DNA from: an uncultured delta proteobacterium | Lineage (GTDB): Bacteria; Desulfobacterota; Binatia; Binatales; Binataceae | Direction of reading: 5' to 3' | Length of the DNA stretch: 64,000 bases | NCBI GenBank assembly: GCA_963808235.1 | Contig: CAWEEQ010000004.1 | Coordinates: forward strand, 1,824,001-1,888,000 | In this document: piece after piece, positions 29,129-38,052 of the stretch | Layout of the letters: every line of letters starts with the position of its first letter | How positions within the stretch are numbered: position 1 is the first letter of the stretch | Position numbers and translations under genes: made by a program | Notes under the pieces: generated by a model | What the model saw: only the letters and a program-made list of their open reading frames with translations | Told to the model about the DNA's origin: nothing | Database searches by the model: none

Positions 29129-29734
29129 ATGAAGATACCTTCGCACTTTTACGCGATGGTCGACGTGGCCTTTGCGCACGAGCCGGTCGCGCTCGCCGCG
29201 ACGATGCTCGACGCCGGTGCGCGGATCATGCAGCTGCGGTTGAAGGACGTGCCGGCGCGCGACTTCCTTGCGGCGGCGCGCGCGATCGCCGCGCTTTGCC
29301 GTGCCCATGATGCGATTCTGATCGTGAACGATCGGGTGGATATCGCGATGCTCGCCAATGCGCACGGGGTGCATCTCGGGCAGGACGATCTACCGCTCGC
29401 CGCCGCGCGGCGGATCGCCGGTGCGAGCGCGATCGTCGGAGTGTCGACGCATAGCGTCGAGCAGGCGCGCGCGGCCGAAGATGGTGGCGCGGACTATATC
29501 GGATTCGGCCCGATGTATCCGGGCGGCCTGAAGAACATCGTCGCAGGCCGGGGCCTCGAGAACCTTCGCGCGGTGCGTGCAGCGGTCAAGATTCCGATCG
29601 TCGCGATTGGCGGGATCACCGAAGCGACGGTTCCGGAAATTCTGGCGGCTGGCGCCGATGCTGCCGCGATCATCACCGACGTGCTCGCGGCGCGCGACGT
29701 CGGCGCAAAAGTGCGCTCGATCCTCGCCTTATAA
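29129..29734 (+). CDS. thiE: Thiamine-phosphate synthase
   Basis: QLRLK, IVNDRVD, GVHLGQDD, GVSTH, VAIGGI. Confidence 0.93.
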   Translation: MKIPSHFYAMVDVAFAHEPVALAATMLDAGARIMQLRLKDVPARDFLAAARAIAALCRAHDAILIVNDRVDIAMLANAHGVHLGQDDLPLAAARRIAGASAIVGVSTHSVEQARAAEDGGADYIGFGPMYPGGLKNIVAGRGLENLRAVRAAVKIPIVAIGGITEATVPEILAAGADAAAIITDVLAARDVGAKVRSILAL

Positions 29735-29738
29735 CTTG

Positions 29739-30149
29739 TCAGGGAAGGATCTCAAAGCGGCCGAGGCGGTGTGGCCGGTAGACTTCGAAGTCGTGCCGGT
29801 CGATGGTAAAGACGCGCCGCAGACGCTCGCGCTCGGCAACCCGCACGAGCGCGGCGTCGGCGAGGTCCATCGGCAGGTCGCGGTATTTCCACATCAACTC
29901 GCGCATCCGCGGACAATCGTCGTGCCCAAGCTCAACGAATCGCACAGCGCCGACGTTTATCATGCCCCACAACGCGCGCTGGGCATCGGCAGATGACCGC
30001 AGCTGATACATCGCTTCCGTAAAGGCAGGCCAGACTGTGCCCAGCGGGTCGCGAATGGTCGTCAGCGCGTCCCGGCAACTCTGGTGATGAGAGTCACCGC
30101 GATCGATTAGCGCGACGAGCGGTCCGGCGTCGACCAGTACGGTGGCCAT
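29739..30149 (-). CDS. PIN-domain (VapC-like) toxin
   Basis: LVDAGPLVAL, TEA, MDLADA, VFTID. Confidence 0.88.
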   Translation of the reverse strand: MATVLVDAGPLVALIDRGDSHHQSCRDALTTIRDPLGTVWPAFTEAMYQLRSSADAQRALWGMINVGAVRFVELGHDDCPRMRELMWKYRDLPMDLADAALVRVAERERLRRVFTIDRHDFEVYRPHRLGRFEILP

Positions 30150-30402
30150 TGCTCTTTTCCCGCAAGAGTTGGGCGAAGCGCTCGCCGGTCCGCTCGGAGA
30201 GTCGCATGCCGCCACTATCCCAGCATCCGAGCAGATGGGCCATCGCCTGGGCGGGCGGCACGGGCGCGCGCCGATTGCCTTGCTCGCGCAAACTCTCAAG
30301 CGCCTGGCGCACCACTTCGGACTTGGTGCGGCCGGTCTCTCGTGCGACCCGGTCGAGGAAGCTCGCGGTACTCGGATCGACTCTAACGTTCAGCGCGCTC
30401 AT
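30094..30402 (-). CDS. CopG/ribbon-helix-helix antitoxin
   Basis: LNVRVD...L...A...GRTKSEVVRQAL; overlaps toxin start. Confidence 0.8.
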   Translation of the reverse strand: MSALNVRVDPSTASFLDRVARETGRTKSEVVRQALESLREQGNRRAPVPPAQAMAHLLGCWDSGGMRLSERTGERFAQLLREKSNGHRTGRRRTARRANRSR

Positions 30403-30451
30403 AATCGAAACTTGTATCACACCATGTAACACGTCGCCAGCCTAACGTGCA

Positions 30452-31114
30452 TCAGCTTCTTCGTGCGGCCTTGCGGGGTGCGGGGGTTTGCCACGGCAGA
30501 GTCGCGGCCGCGTCGTGAGCTTGATTCAAGGTTGCGACGACTTGCTCGAACTCGCGCCGCGCGTTCTCTGTCGAAGGAATCTTGTCGATCGGGAACCCGA
30601 CACGGTTTGCCCAACTCTGCCAGGTCTCGATCCGCTTAACGTGCGCGCCGCTATCAGTGTGGACGTCGTCGCCAAACGCGAGCATCCGAGCTTCGAGCAG
30701 GCGGGCATCGGTACCCAATTCTTTGGCGCTGCGCGAGGAGCGGATCTCGTCCATGCGGAGACTCTCGCGGCGGTCGAGCATTTTGAGCATCGACGTTGCG
30801 GTAGGCGGCAGGCTCGCGAGCTGCCACGGCTCGCGCGCGGACGCGATCGCATAGAGCGCCGGCCACAGACGCTGATGAACGTAGGTCATCTTGCCCGAGA
30901 GGAATCGGATGTAGATCACCTCGGGCAGGTCCATCAGGCGCATCCCGATCATGTAGATTTCATTGGCGAGCGGATGCGCCCACCAGGTTCCCTTGACCGG
31001 TCCGCCGGCCATCAGCGCGACCAGGCTCGGAAACGCGCGATCGGTCTCGAGCATGAGACCGAGCTCTCTGAGTGCCGATAGCGCGCCGTCGAAATCGGTC
31101 CGCGCGGCGCTCAT
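30452..31114 (-). CDS. Conserved hypothetical protein (possibly winged-helix/AlkZ-related)
   Basis: 220-aa ORF with genome-typical codons; PSLV...G.WW.H, GK.TYVH..LWP. Confidence 0.6.
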   Translation of the reverse strand: MSAARTDFDGALSALRELGLMLETDRAFPSLVALMAGGPVKGTWWAHPLANEIYMIGMRLMDLPEVIYIRFLSGKMTYVHQRLWPALYAIASAREPWQLASLPPTATSMLKMLDRRESLRMDEIRSSRSAKELGTDARLLEARMLAFGDDVHTDSGAHVKRIETWQSWANRVGFPIDKIPSTENARREFEQVVATLNQAHDAAATLPWQTPAPRKAARRS

Positions 31115-31217
31115 CGTTTGTTGCTCCAGTTCGGATTACCCATAAACCAGTCTCATATATTATGCGCCGCGCACTCGCATCACTCGTTCGGTCGATTTGA
31201 ATTATGCGTGATACTAA

Positions 31218-31246
31218 TTCATACTTACGTACATGAAAAGTATGAA
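31218..31246. promoter_or_regulatory. Inverted repeat, likely TA autoregulatory operator
   Basis: TTCATACTT-N11-AAGTATGAA overlapping the antitoxin start. Confidence 0.6.
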
Positions 31247-31463
31247 GGCTCGGGTAGCTGAGCGCGGCCAAGTGACCATCCCGAAGCGGCTCAGGGAAAG
31301 GCTGGGCGTGAAAGCCGGTACGATCCTGGAGTTCAGCGAAGAACACGGACGGCTGATCGCGGTCAAAAGCGGAAGTATCGATCCGGTCAGCGAGGTGTAC
31401 GGGTGTCTCGGGAAAAGAATCAACACTGACGCCATCATGACGCAGCTTCGCGAGCGTCAGTGA
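31233..31463 (+). CDS. AbrB/MazE/SpoVT family antitoxin
   Basis: ARVAERGQVTIPKRLRERLG. Confidence 0.9.
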   Translation: MKSMKARVAERGQVTIPKRLRERLGVKAGTILEFSEEHGRLIAVKSGSIDPVSEVYGCLGKRINTDAIMTQLRERQ

Positions 31464-31873
31464 TCACGGCAATCGATACCAATGTGCTGCTGGACGTGTT
31501 CGGCGCCGACCCAAAGTTTGCGCCGGCATCCGCGGAGGCAATCCGAACCTGCCTGAGCGAAGGGGCATTGGTGGCTTCGGAAGTGGTATGGGCCGAGTCA
31601 GCAACCGTGTTCGGCGACGCAAGACGTTTTCGGGAGGCAATGGATCGCCTGACGGCCACGTTCTCCCCGATGACGGAAGAGGCTGCGATTAAGGCGGCGC
31701 AAGCTTGGCGGCGTTACCGGGCAGGCGGAGGCCGACGCGACCGGATCGCGGCCGATTTTCTGATCGGCGCACATGCTATGGTCGCCGCTGACCGTCTCCT
31801 AACCCGCGATCGCGGTTTTTACCGTCAATATTTTGCAGGGCTCCGGGTAGTCGATCCCACCTCAGGGCGTTAA
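31460..31873 (+). CDS. PIN-domain (VapC) toxin
   Basis: AIDTNVLLD, VWAE, DFLIGAHA, LLTRD; GTGA overlap. Confidence 0.9.
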   Translation: MITAIDTNVLLDVFGADPKFAPASAEAIRTCLSEGALVASEVVWAESATVFGDARRFREAMDRLTATFSPMTEEAAIKAAQAWRRYRAGGGRRDRIAADFLIGAHAMVAADRLLTRDRGFYRQYFAGLRVVDPTSGR

Positions 31874-32231
31874 GGCGCTTGCAGTAGCTTCCAATCGGGC
31901 AAATTGGTTTGCCGTGGAACCGACTTGGACGGCGCTGCGGTGGCGGGCGAACCGTTGGAGCCTTAAGCTGGTGGTGTCGGGATCGACATACGAATCGAGT
32001 CCGGATTTGATCCAGTCCCACGATGGCCTTTCGGCCTTCGACCACGTTCCGCTAGATCAATCACATTCATCGAAAAGGAAGGCTGCATGAGGCCTATATG
32101 TATCTTTCAGTTGGCGGAATCGTTTTAGTCGTGGTCGTCCTCTACTTGCTGGGCATCATCTGAGAAAGTGAGCATCCAACATGTCAGCTCGGATAGCGCC
32201 AGGCGGGCGGTTAGTTCGTGAGCTATATGAC

Positions 32232-33473
32232 TTAGGCGGTAGCCGGGACTGGCTCTGCCGTCTGCCGCGATTGCTCTGATTCGAGTGAGCGACATGAGTA
32301 GGTGACCGCGGCGCCGGCGAGGCACATCAGGACGAAGACTTCGAAGGCGAGCGTGTAGCTGCCGCTCAGATCGTAAATCTCGCCCGCGCCGACCGGACCG
32401 ACGAAGGCGCCGAGGGTGTTGAAGATGCCGGTGATTCCGCCGATCGAGCCGAAGCGCTTGAGTCCGAGCGACTCCGCCACCAGCATCGGAACCAGGACCA
32501 GCGGTGCGCCGAGCGTGAGTCCGAAGATCAGCACGAACGGGATCAGCACGGCAGTTCGCGCCGCGTCGAATATCAGGAGCATCCCGACGCATGCTGCGAT
32601 GAAATTGACGGTCAGCGCGATTCGCGCGCTAACGCGATCGGCAAACAGGCCCATCGCAAGTTTGCCAAAACCGGCAAACACCAAAACCAGGCTCATCATG
32701 CCGGCGGCGAATGACGGGGTGTACCCGAGTTCGGTGAGATAGGTGATCAGATGCAAGCCCGCGCCGGCTGCGACTGCGGCGAAGAAGAACTGCGCCGCCG
32801 AAATCATCCAAAATGAACGCGTGCGCATCGCTTCGCTCATTTCAAAGCCGGGCAGTGCGTCGCTCGCCTGCGCCACGCTGACGCCCTCGGCCTGCGGCGG
32901 CCGGGTCCGCACCACGATGATTATCAACGGGATAACGATGACGAACATCGGGATTGCGAGCGTGACGTAGCCTGCACGCCATCCGCCGTGCGCGATCGCG
33001 ACGTTGCCAACCATCGTCATAGCAGCGCCGCCGAGCGAAGTGCCCGCGAACGTGAGACCCATCGCGAGTCCGCGCCGCGCGCCGAACCAGTTCGCGATCA
33101 CGAGCGAACAAGGGAGCAGCGTCGATGCACCGATGCCGACGCCGAGCATCACATAGGCGCCGAACAGCGGGCCGAATGAATCGACGCGGCTAGCAATCAG
33201 AAAAGCGGATCCGGTCATCACGGCGCCGGCGACCATCACGATGCGCGCCTCGACGCGATCGAGAAGCCATCCGACGAGCGGAGCGCTGAGGCCCGCGGAG
33301 AGCGGCAGCGCGGCGCCCTGCAAGGTCGAGAGCCGGGCGCGCTTCCATCCGAAATATTTCAGCAGATGCGGGAAAAACAGGCCGCCGGTGTTGTAGCCGG
33401 AGCCGAACACGAAGACCAGCACCACGAAGAGGCTGGCGACGATGATCCATCCCTGTCGTTCTCTAGCCGTCAT
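32232..33473 (-). CDS. MFS transporter (OFA/MCT-like)
   Basis: About 12 TMs; GWLLDR, G.FADR, WF..RRGLAMG. Confidence 0.9.
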   Translation of the reverse strand: MTARERQGWIIVASLFVVLVFVFGSGYNTGGLFFPHLLKYFGWKRARLSTLQGAALPLSAGLSAPLVGWLLDRVEARIVMVAGAVMTGSAFLIASRVDSFGPLFGAYVMLGVGIGASTLLPCSLVIANWFGARRGLAMGLTFAGTSLGGAAMTMVGNVAIAHGGWRAGYVTLAIPMFVIVIPLIIIVVRTRPPQAEGVSVAQASDALPGFEMSEAMRTRSFWMISAAQFFFAAVAAGAGLHLITYLTELGYTPSFAAGMMSLVLVFAGFGKLAMGLFADRVSARIALTVNFIAACVGMLLIFDAARTAVLIPFVLIFGLTLGAPLVLVPMLVAESLGLKRFGSIGGITGIFNTLGAFVGPVGAGEIYDLSGSYTLAFEVFVLMCLAGAAVTYSCRSLESEQSRQTAEPVPATA

Positions 33474-33537
33474 CCGAAATACTCCCTTGGTGAAGACTTA
33501 TAGCGACAAGGACGCGGGATCGTCGAGAGCGAAAGTA

Positions 33538-34209
33538 CTACTCGAGAGCGCTGGTCGGGATGAAGCCTTCGAGTCCGCTCTTCATTTTGATTCTCATGTA
33601 GTTGAGCGCGACGCCTATGACATGCACGTTGTGGGTCTTGTGAACCTCGGCGAGTTTCTTGCCCCATCGGTTGGGCTTGTCGAGTACCGCCGCGTCGCGG
33701 GTGAGCACGAACACTTTGTCGGCCGGAGTGAAGAGCGAGACCGCTGACGGATCGAGATAGCCGGTCTCTCCGTCCTTGAGCCTCACCTGCAAGAAGTAGT
33801 GGGTCGAACCGGTCACGTTCACGAACTTATCTTTGACCACATGCTCGAGTTGTTTGGATTTTTTTGATGGTGCGGAATAGACCCACGAATCCTCTACCAA
33901 CTTGAGCCGGCCCTCAGCCGGTTCGACTTCGGGTGCGCGACTAGCCCGCGCCATCCGATGATGTGTCGAGGGCTTCGATTTCGCCGCGGGCGCGGTAGGA
34001 GTTACGACGCCGGCAGGGGCCAGAGTGCTCTCGGAGGACGGCGACTTGGCTGCGGCAGGCGCGCCCTCGCCACCGGAGGGAACAATCGATGTTGCGGGAA
34101 CGTCTTCCTCAGTGCCGGCGGCATACGTCGACGCTGAGATCGCCAGGGTTGCGATTGCCAGCAGGATCAATCCGGATGTTCTCGCACCGCTTAAGCCACT
34201 TCGAACCAT
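33538..34209 (-). CDS. Exported protein with tandem SH3-like domains
   Basis: Signal peptide, Pro/Ala/Ser linker, two repeats ending ..G..GY/FI. Confidence 0.65.
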   Translation of the reverse strand: MVRSGLSGARTSGLILLAIATLAISASTYAAGTEEDVPATSIVPSGGEGAPAAAKSPSSESTLAPAGVVTPTAPAAKSKPSTHHRMARASRAPEVEPAEGRLKLVEDSWVYSAPSKKSKQLEHVVKDKFVNVTGSTHYFLQVRLKDGETGYLDPSAVSLFTPADKVFVLTRDAAVLDKPNRWGKKLAEVHKTHNVHVIGVALNYMRIKMKSGLEGFIPTSALE

Positions 34210-34249
34210 ACTGCTCCGCTCCTCTGCTTTCGCTTTCAACACGATCATT

Positions 34250-36001
34250 TTAACACGCTCCGCACACGGTGCATCTTTCGACGTCACAGGGCGGGCTCTG
34301 ATGCTCGTGATGCGCCTTCTTGCGCTCCGCGAGCAGAAACCATTTGAAGATGTGGTGATCGATAAAGTCCCACGGCAACAGCTCGTCATCGGCGTAGTGC
34401 CGGGTGACGAAAAAGTCGGGATCGGGTAAATCGGAATTTCCGTCTTCGACTTCGCGATGAATCTTCACCAGCTCATGCCAGATGGGACCGGCGCCGTCGC
34501 ATCCGGCGGCTTCGAGCCGTTCGAGGATAGCGCCGATACGACGATCGCCGCGGGAAACCATGGTCTGGAAATACGCCTCGCGCGGCGATTCGGCGTCGAG
34601 CTCGACCTGTCCCAGGCGCGTGAGCCGCGCGCGGAGGATCGCGACCTTGTGCTTGATCGATCGCGCGTCTTGCATCGGGTCCCACTGAAACGGAGTCCAC
34701 GGCTTGGGCACGAAGGGATTCAGCGACACGGTCACACTGCCGATGCGAGTGCGGCGGGCGCGGGCGCGTTCGAGCACCTTGGCAACGAGATCCGCGATCG
34801 CGAGCACGTCTTCGTCGTGCTCCTCGGGCAGTCCGATCATGAAATAAAATTTGAGATTGCCGACGCCCTCGCCGAGCATCACCTCGGCGGCGTGCAATAT
34901 CTCAGCCTCGGTAAGATTCTTGTTGATGACTTTGCGCATCCGCTCGCTGCCGGCTTCAGGAGCCACCGTCACACTCTGATTTCCGCCGCGAGCTAGCGCA
35001 GAAGCGAGCGCGGGAGATATGCAGTCGGCCTTCAACGACGATGGCGAAAGGCGTCCGCCGCGATCAACGACGGCCGAAGCGATCTCCGCGACTCCGGGCA
35101 CGCTCGCCATCTCGGCGCCGACTAGGCCGATCACATTTCGCTCGGTGAGACCGCGCTCGGCCTCGCCGATGAGATTGTTCGGCGCGCGATAGCGAATCGG
35201 CCGATACATGAAGCCGGCAGCACAGAAGCGGCATCCCCACTGGCATCCGCGGCTGGCCTCGACCAGGAACATGTCGCCGAAAACCGACTCCTCGGTGAGT
35301 ATCAGCGACGAAGTGGTGAAGCGGTTCAGATCGCGAATCAAGCGGCGATTCACCTGCTCGCGGCCGGGTCCAAGGTAGTTCACAGTCGCGAGGCGGCCGG
35401 CGTCGTCATAGACGGGCGCGTAAAATTCGGGAAGGTAGCTGCCCTCGACGGTTGCTAGTTCATGGAGTCGATTCGACGAGCCGCGGGTCTCGTTCCAGCG
35501 CGCGAGGAACTCGGGCACCATTTCCTCGCCCTCGCCAATGAGGAACAGATCGATAAAGTCGGCGATAGGCTCGGGATTCAGAAATACGGCGGAGCCGCCC
35601 GCGATGATCGTCGGAAAATTGCGGCCGGCGCGGTCGGCACGACGAGTCGGAATCCCCGCCATCTTGAGGACGCTGAGCACGTTCAGATAGTCAGTCTCGA
35701 AAGAAATAGAAAACGCGAGGATGTCGAAATCCGAAAGCGGACGACCGCGCTCGAACGAGACCAGGCGCTCGCCGGCGCGGAAATTCTCGCGCTCGTCAGC
35801 GTCAGGCAAAAATGCTCGATCAGCGGCAACACTCGGATCTGTTTCGAAGATATGAAAGATAGCCTGGAAGCCCAGGTTGGCCATCCCGAGCCGATAGTAA
35901 TTCGGATAGATGACGCAGACGGAGATGTCGCCGCCGGGGCTGCGCTCGTAGAGAACTTTTTCGCGCGCGATGCGCTCGAGGGCGCGCTTACGCGGATACA
36001 T
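34250..36001 (-). CDS. Radical SAM protein (TIGR03960-like)
   Basis: RGCQWGCRFC CxxxCxxC; APEAGSERMR; C-terminal C..C..CGAC. Confidence 0.88.
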   Translation of the reverse strand: MYPRKRALERIAREKVLYERSPGGDISVCVIYPNYYRLGMANLGFQAIFHIFETDPSVAADRAFLPDADERENFRAGERLVSFERGRPLSDFDILAFSISFETDYLNVLSVLKMAGIPTRRADRAGRNFPTIIAGGSAVFLNPEPIADFIDLFLIGEGEEMVPEFLARWNETRGSSNRLHELATVEGSYLPEFYAPVYDDAGRLATVNYLGPGREQVNRRLIRDLNRFTTSSLILTEESVFGDMFLVEASRGCQWGCRFCAAGFMYRPIRYRAPNNLIGEAERGLTERNVIGLVGAEMASVPGVAEIASAVVDRGGRLSPSSLKADCISPALASALARGGNQSVTVAPEAGSERMRKVINKNLTEAEILHAAEVMLGEGVGNLKFYFMIGLPEEHDEDVLAIADLVAKVLERARARRTRIGSVTVSLNPFVPKPWTPFQWDPMQDARSIKHKVAILRARLTRLGQVELDAESPREAYFQTMVSRGDRRIGAILERLEAAGCDGAGPIWHELVKIHREVEDGNSDLPDPDFFVTRHYADDELLPWDFIDHHIFKWFLLAERKKAHHEHQSPPCDVERCTVCGAC

Positions 36002-36079
36002 TCGGCGACTCCAGCATGACCATACAGAGTATCGCCGCGCCGATAGCACGCTCAAGAGGAGTGCCGAAGCCGTTGGGAC

Positions 36080-36889
36080 TCAGCGCTTCCACGCCATGTA
36101 CGCGAAAAACTCTGGTGGTTCTCCCTTGAGAATGCCGGACGGCTCGACGGCAAGAATCGCGGCGCGCAGGTCGCGCTCGAACGCGTCAACGCGGTCGCCG
36201 AGCACGCGCCGGCTGCAGAAGGACATCGAGTAGAGATTTCCGATGATCGAGTCGATGGTCCATTCGACATCGAAGGATTCCACGTAGCTGGCGACATCTC
36301 TGAAACGTGAACGCGCCAGGTATGCCTCGTGACGTTCCTCGGGTGGCGGATCGGGATGATCCCAGGACAGCCGGCGGTCGGGCAAATAGCGCTTCAGCAC
36401 CGTGTTGATCGCCGCGCGCCATCGCGTTGGAGGCGGAGGAGGAATCGGGGCGCCCTCGCCCACCACCGCGATGCCTCCGCCGTCCGTGACGAGATCGTAG
36501 AGTGCGTCGAGAGTGCGGGTGCGATCCATCCAATGAAACGAGTTGCCCATCGTGACGAGGCGGAACTGTCCCAGCGCGGGCGACAAATCTCTCGAGCCAC
36601 CGAATCGCCACTCGATATTGCCGATGCCGCGTTCACGTGCGATGCGCTCGCCCTCGGCGCGCATAGCATCATCGGGATCCATCGCGAGGACTTCTTCGAA
36701 GAGATGCGCCAGCGCAATCGCGACGGGACCGGGGCCGCATCCCAGATCGAGCAGCCTGCCGGTGCCGTCAAGTCGAAAACGGTCGCGCAGAATCCTGACG
36801 AGCGAGGGCGGATACTTGGGGCGATACCGCGAGTAATACCAGGCGGTGCCTTCGTAAATGGTCAGATCGTACTTGCCGGTTTCACTCAC
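36080..36889 (-). CDS. Class I SAM-dependent methyltransferase
   Basis: [22 protein letters not shown]. Confidence 0.9.
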   Translation of the reverse strand: MSETGKYDLTIYEGTAWYYSRYRPKYPPSLVRILRDRFRLDGTGRLLDLGCGPGPVAIALAHLFEEVLAMDPDDAMRAEGERIARERGIGNIEWRFGGSRDLSPALGQFRLVTMGNSFHWMDRTRTLDALYDLVTDGGGIAVVGEGAPIPPPPPTRWRAAINTVLKRYLPDRRLSWDHPDPPPEERHEAYLARSRFRDVASYVESFDVEWTIDSIIGNLYSMSFCSRRVLGDRVDAFERDLRAAILAVEPSGILKGEPPEFFAYMAWKR

Positions 36890-37768
36890 GCTGGAGGACG
36901 GCTCAAATCCGCGATTCGGTCGGGGCGGGTGTAGATGTTGAAGCTTCCGTCGCGGAGGAAGCCGATCAACGTGGTTCCGATTTCATCTGCCAGGTCGACT
37001 GCGAGCGACGATGGCGCCGACACCGCCGCCAGGATCGGCACGCCGCCTGCCGCCGCCTTCTGCACGATTTCGAAGCTCAGCCGTCCGCTGACCATCATGA
37101 TGTGGCGAGCTGAGCGGGAGCATCGCGTTGGTCAGCGCGTAGCCGACCAGCTTGTCGACCGCGTTGTGGCGGCCGACGTCCTCGCGGATGGCGCGCATCG
37201 TGCCGTCGAGATCGAAGATCGCGGCGCCGTGGAGTCCTCCGGTAGACGCAAACACGCGCTGGCCTTGGCGAAGCTGTGCGGCGAGCGCGAGCAGAGTTGC
37301 CGGCGTCACTCGCGCGGAGTCTGACGGGGGCATCACGCGGCGGCGAATCGAATCGATACTGGTCTTGCCGCATACGCCGCAGCTCGAGCTCATGACGAAG
37401 TTGCGCTTGAGCCGGGTGCGGAGGCCATCGGCCGGGACATTCAGAATGATGTCAATTGCGTTCGGTTCCGGAGCGCCCTTGCGCCCGCGCACGCGGCGAA
37501 TCTCGCCAAGCTCGCTCGCGTCATTGATAAAGCCTTCGGCGAAGAGAAATCCGGCGGCGAGTTCTTCGTCGTTGCCCGGAGTGCGCATGGTAAGCGTGAA
37601 GCGACGTCCGCCGAGGCGAATTTCCAGCGGCTCTTCGACGGCGAGCTTTTCGATGCGCTCGCGATCGCGCCGTCGCGCCATTTGAGCGCGCCTCGCTTCC
37701 CGGATCTCGTCGTGCGCTTCGCCGCTCGCCGGATCGGAGTCCGCGCCGTAAGTTGGATCGCTTTTCAT
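36886..37768 (-). CDS. fdhD: Formate dehydrogenase sulfurtransferase FdhD/FdsC (frameshift near 37105)
   Basis: [33 protein letters not shown]; C-terminus [12 protein letters not shown] in ORF 36886..37098. Confidence 0.9.
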
Positions 37769-38052
37769 CCTTCGCCAACGTCTTCGGATTCGTCAGCGCG
37801 CACGCGCGGGAGCGCGAGAACCGCCTCGCGCACAAGGGGCTTGAGTTCGTCGCCACCGCGCGCGACGTAGCTGATGATCTCGTGGCGCATCCGCACTTCC
37901 CAGAAATTGCGCAGATGGTTCGCGATGCCGCCGACGGCTTCGTCGTGAGCCGGGTATCCGGCGAAGTATGCGCCGATATCGTTGGCCATCATGACGAGGT
38001 GGTCGAATGTCCGTGGTTTCGTGATCGTGACGGCCGCGACCGCCGGGCGCAT
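37765..38052 (-). CDS. fdsD: Formate dehydrogenase delta subunit
   Basis: HLVMMANDIG.YF...IANHLRNFWE.RMR. Confidence 0.85.
   Translation of the reverse strand: MRPAVAAVTITKPRTFDHLVMMANDIGAYFAGYPAHDEAVGGIANHLRNFWEVRMRHEIISYVARGGDELKPLVREAVLALPRVRADESEDVGEG

Noticed and set aside
31143-31170. dif-like site (minus strand GCGGCGCATAA-TATATG)
   Set aside because: XerC-like arm only; the XerD arm (TTATGTTAAAT) is absent
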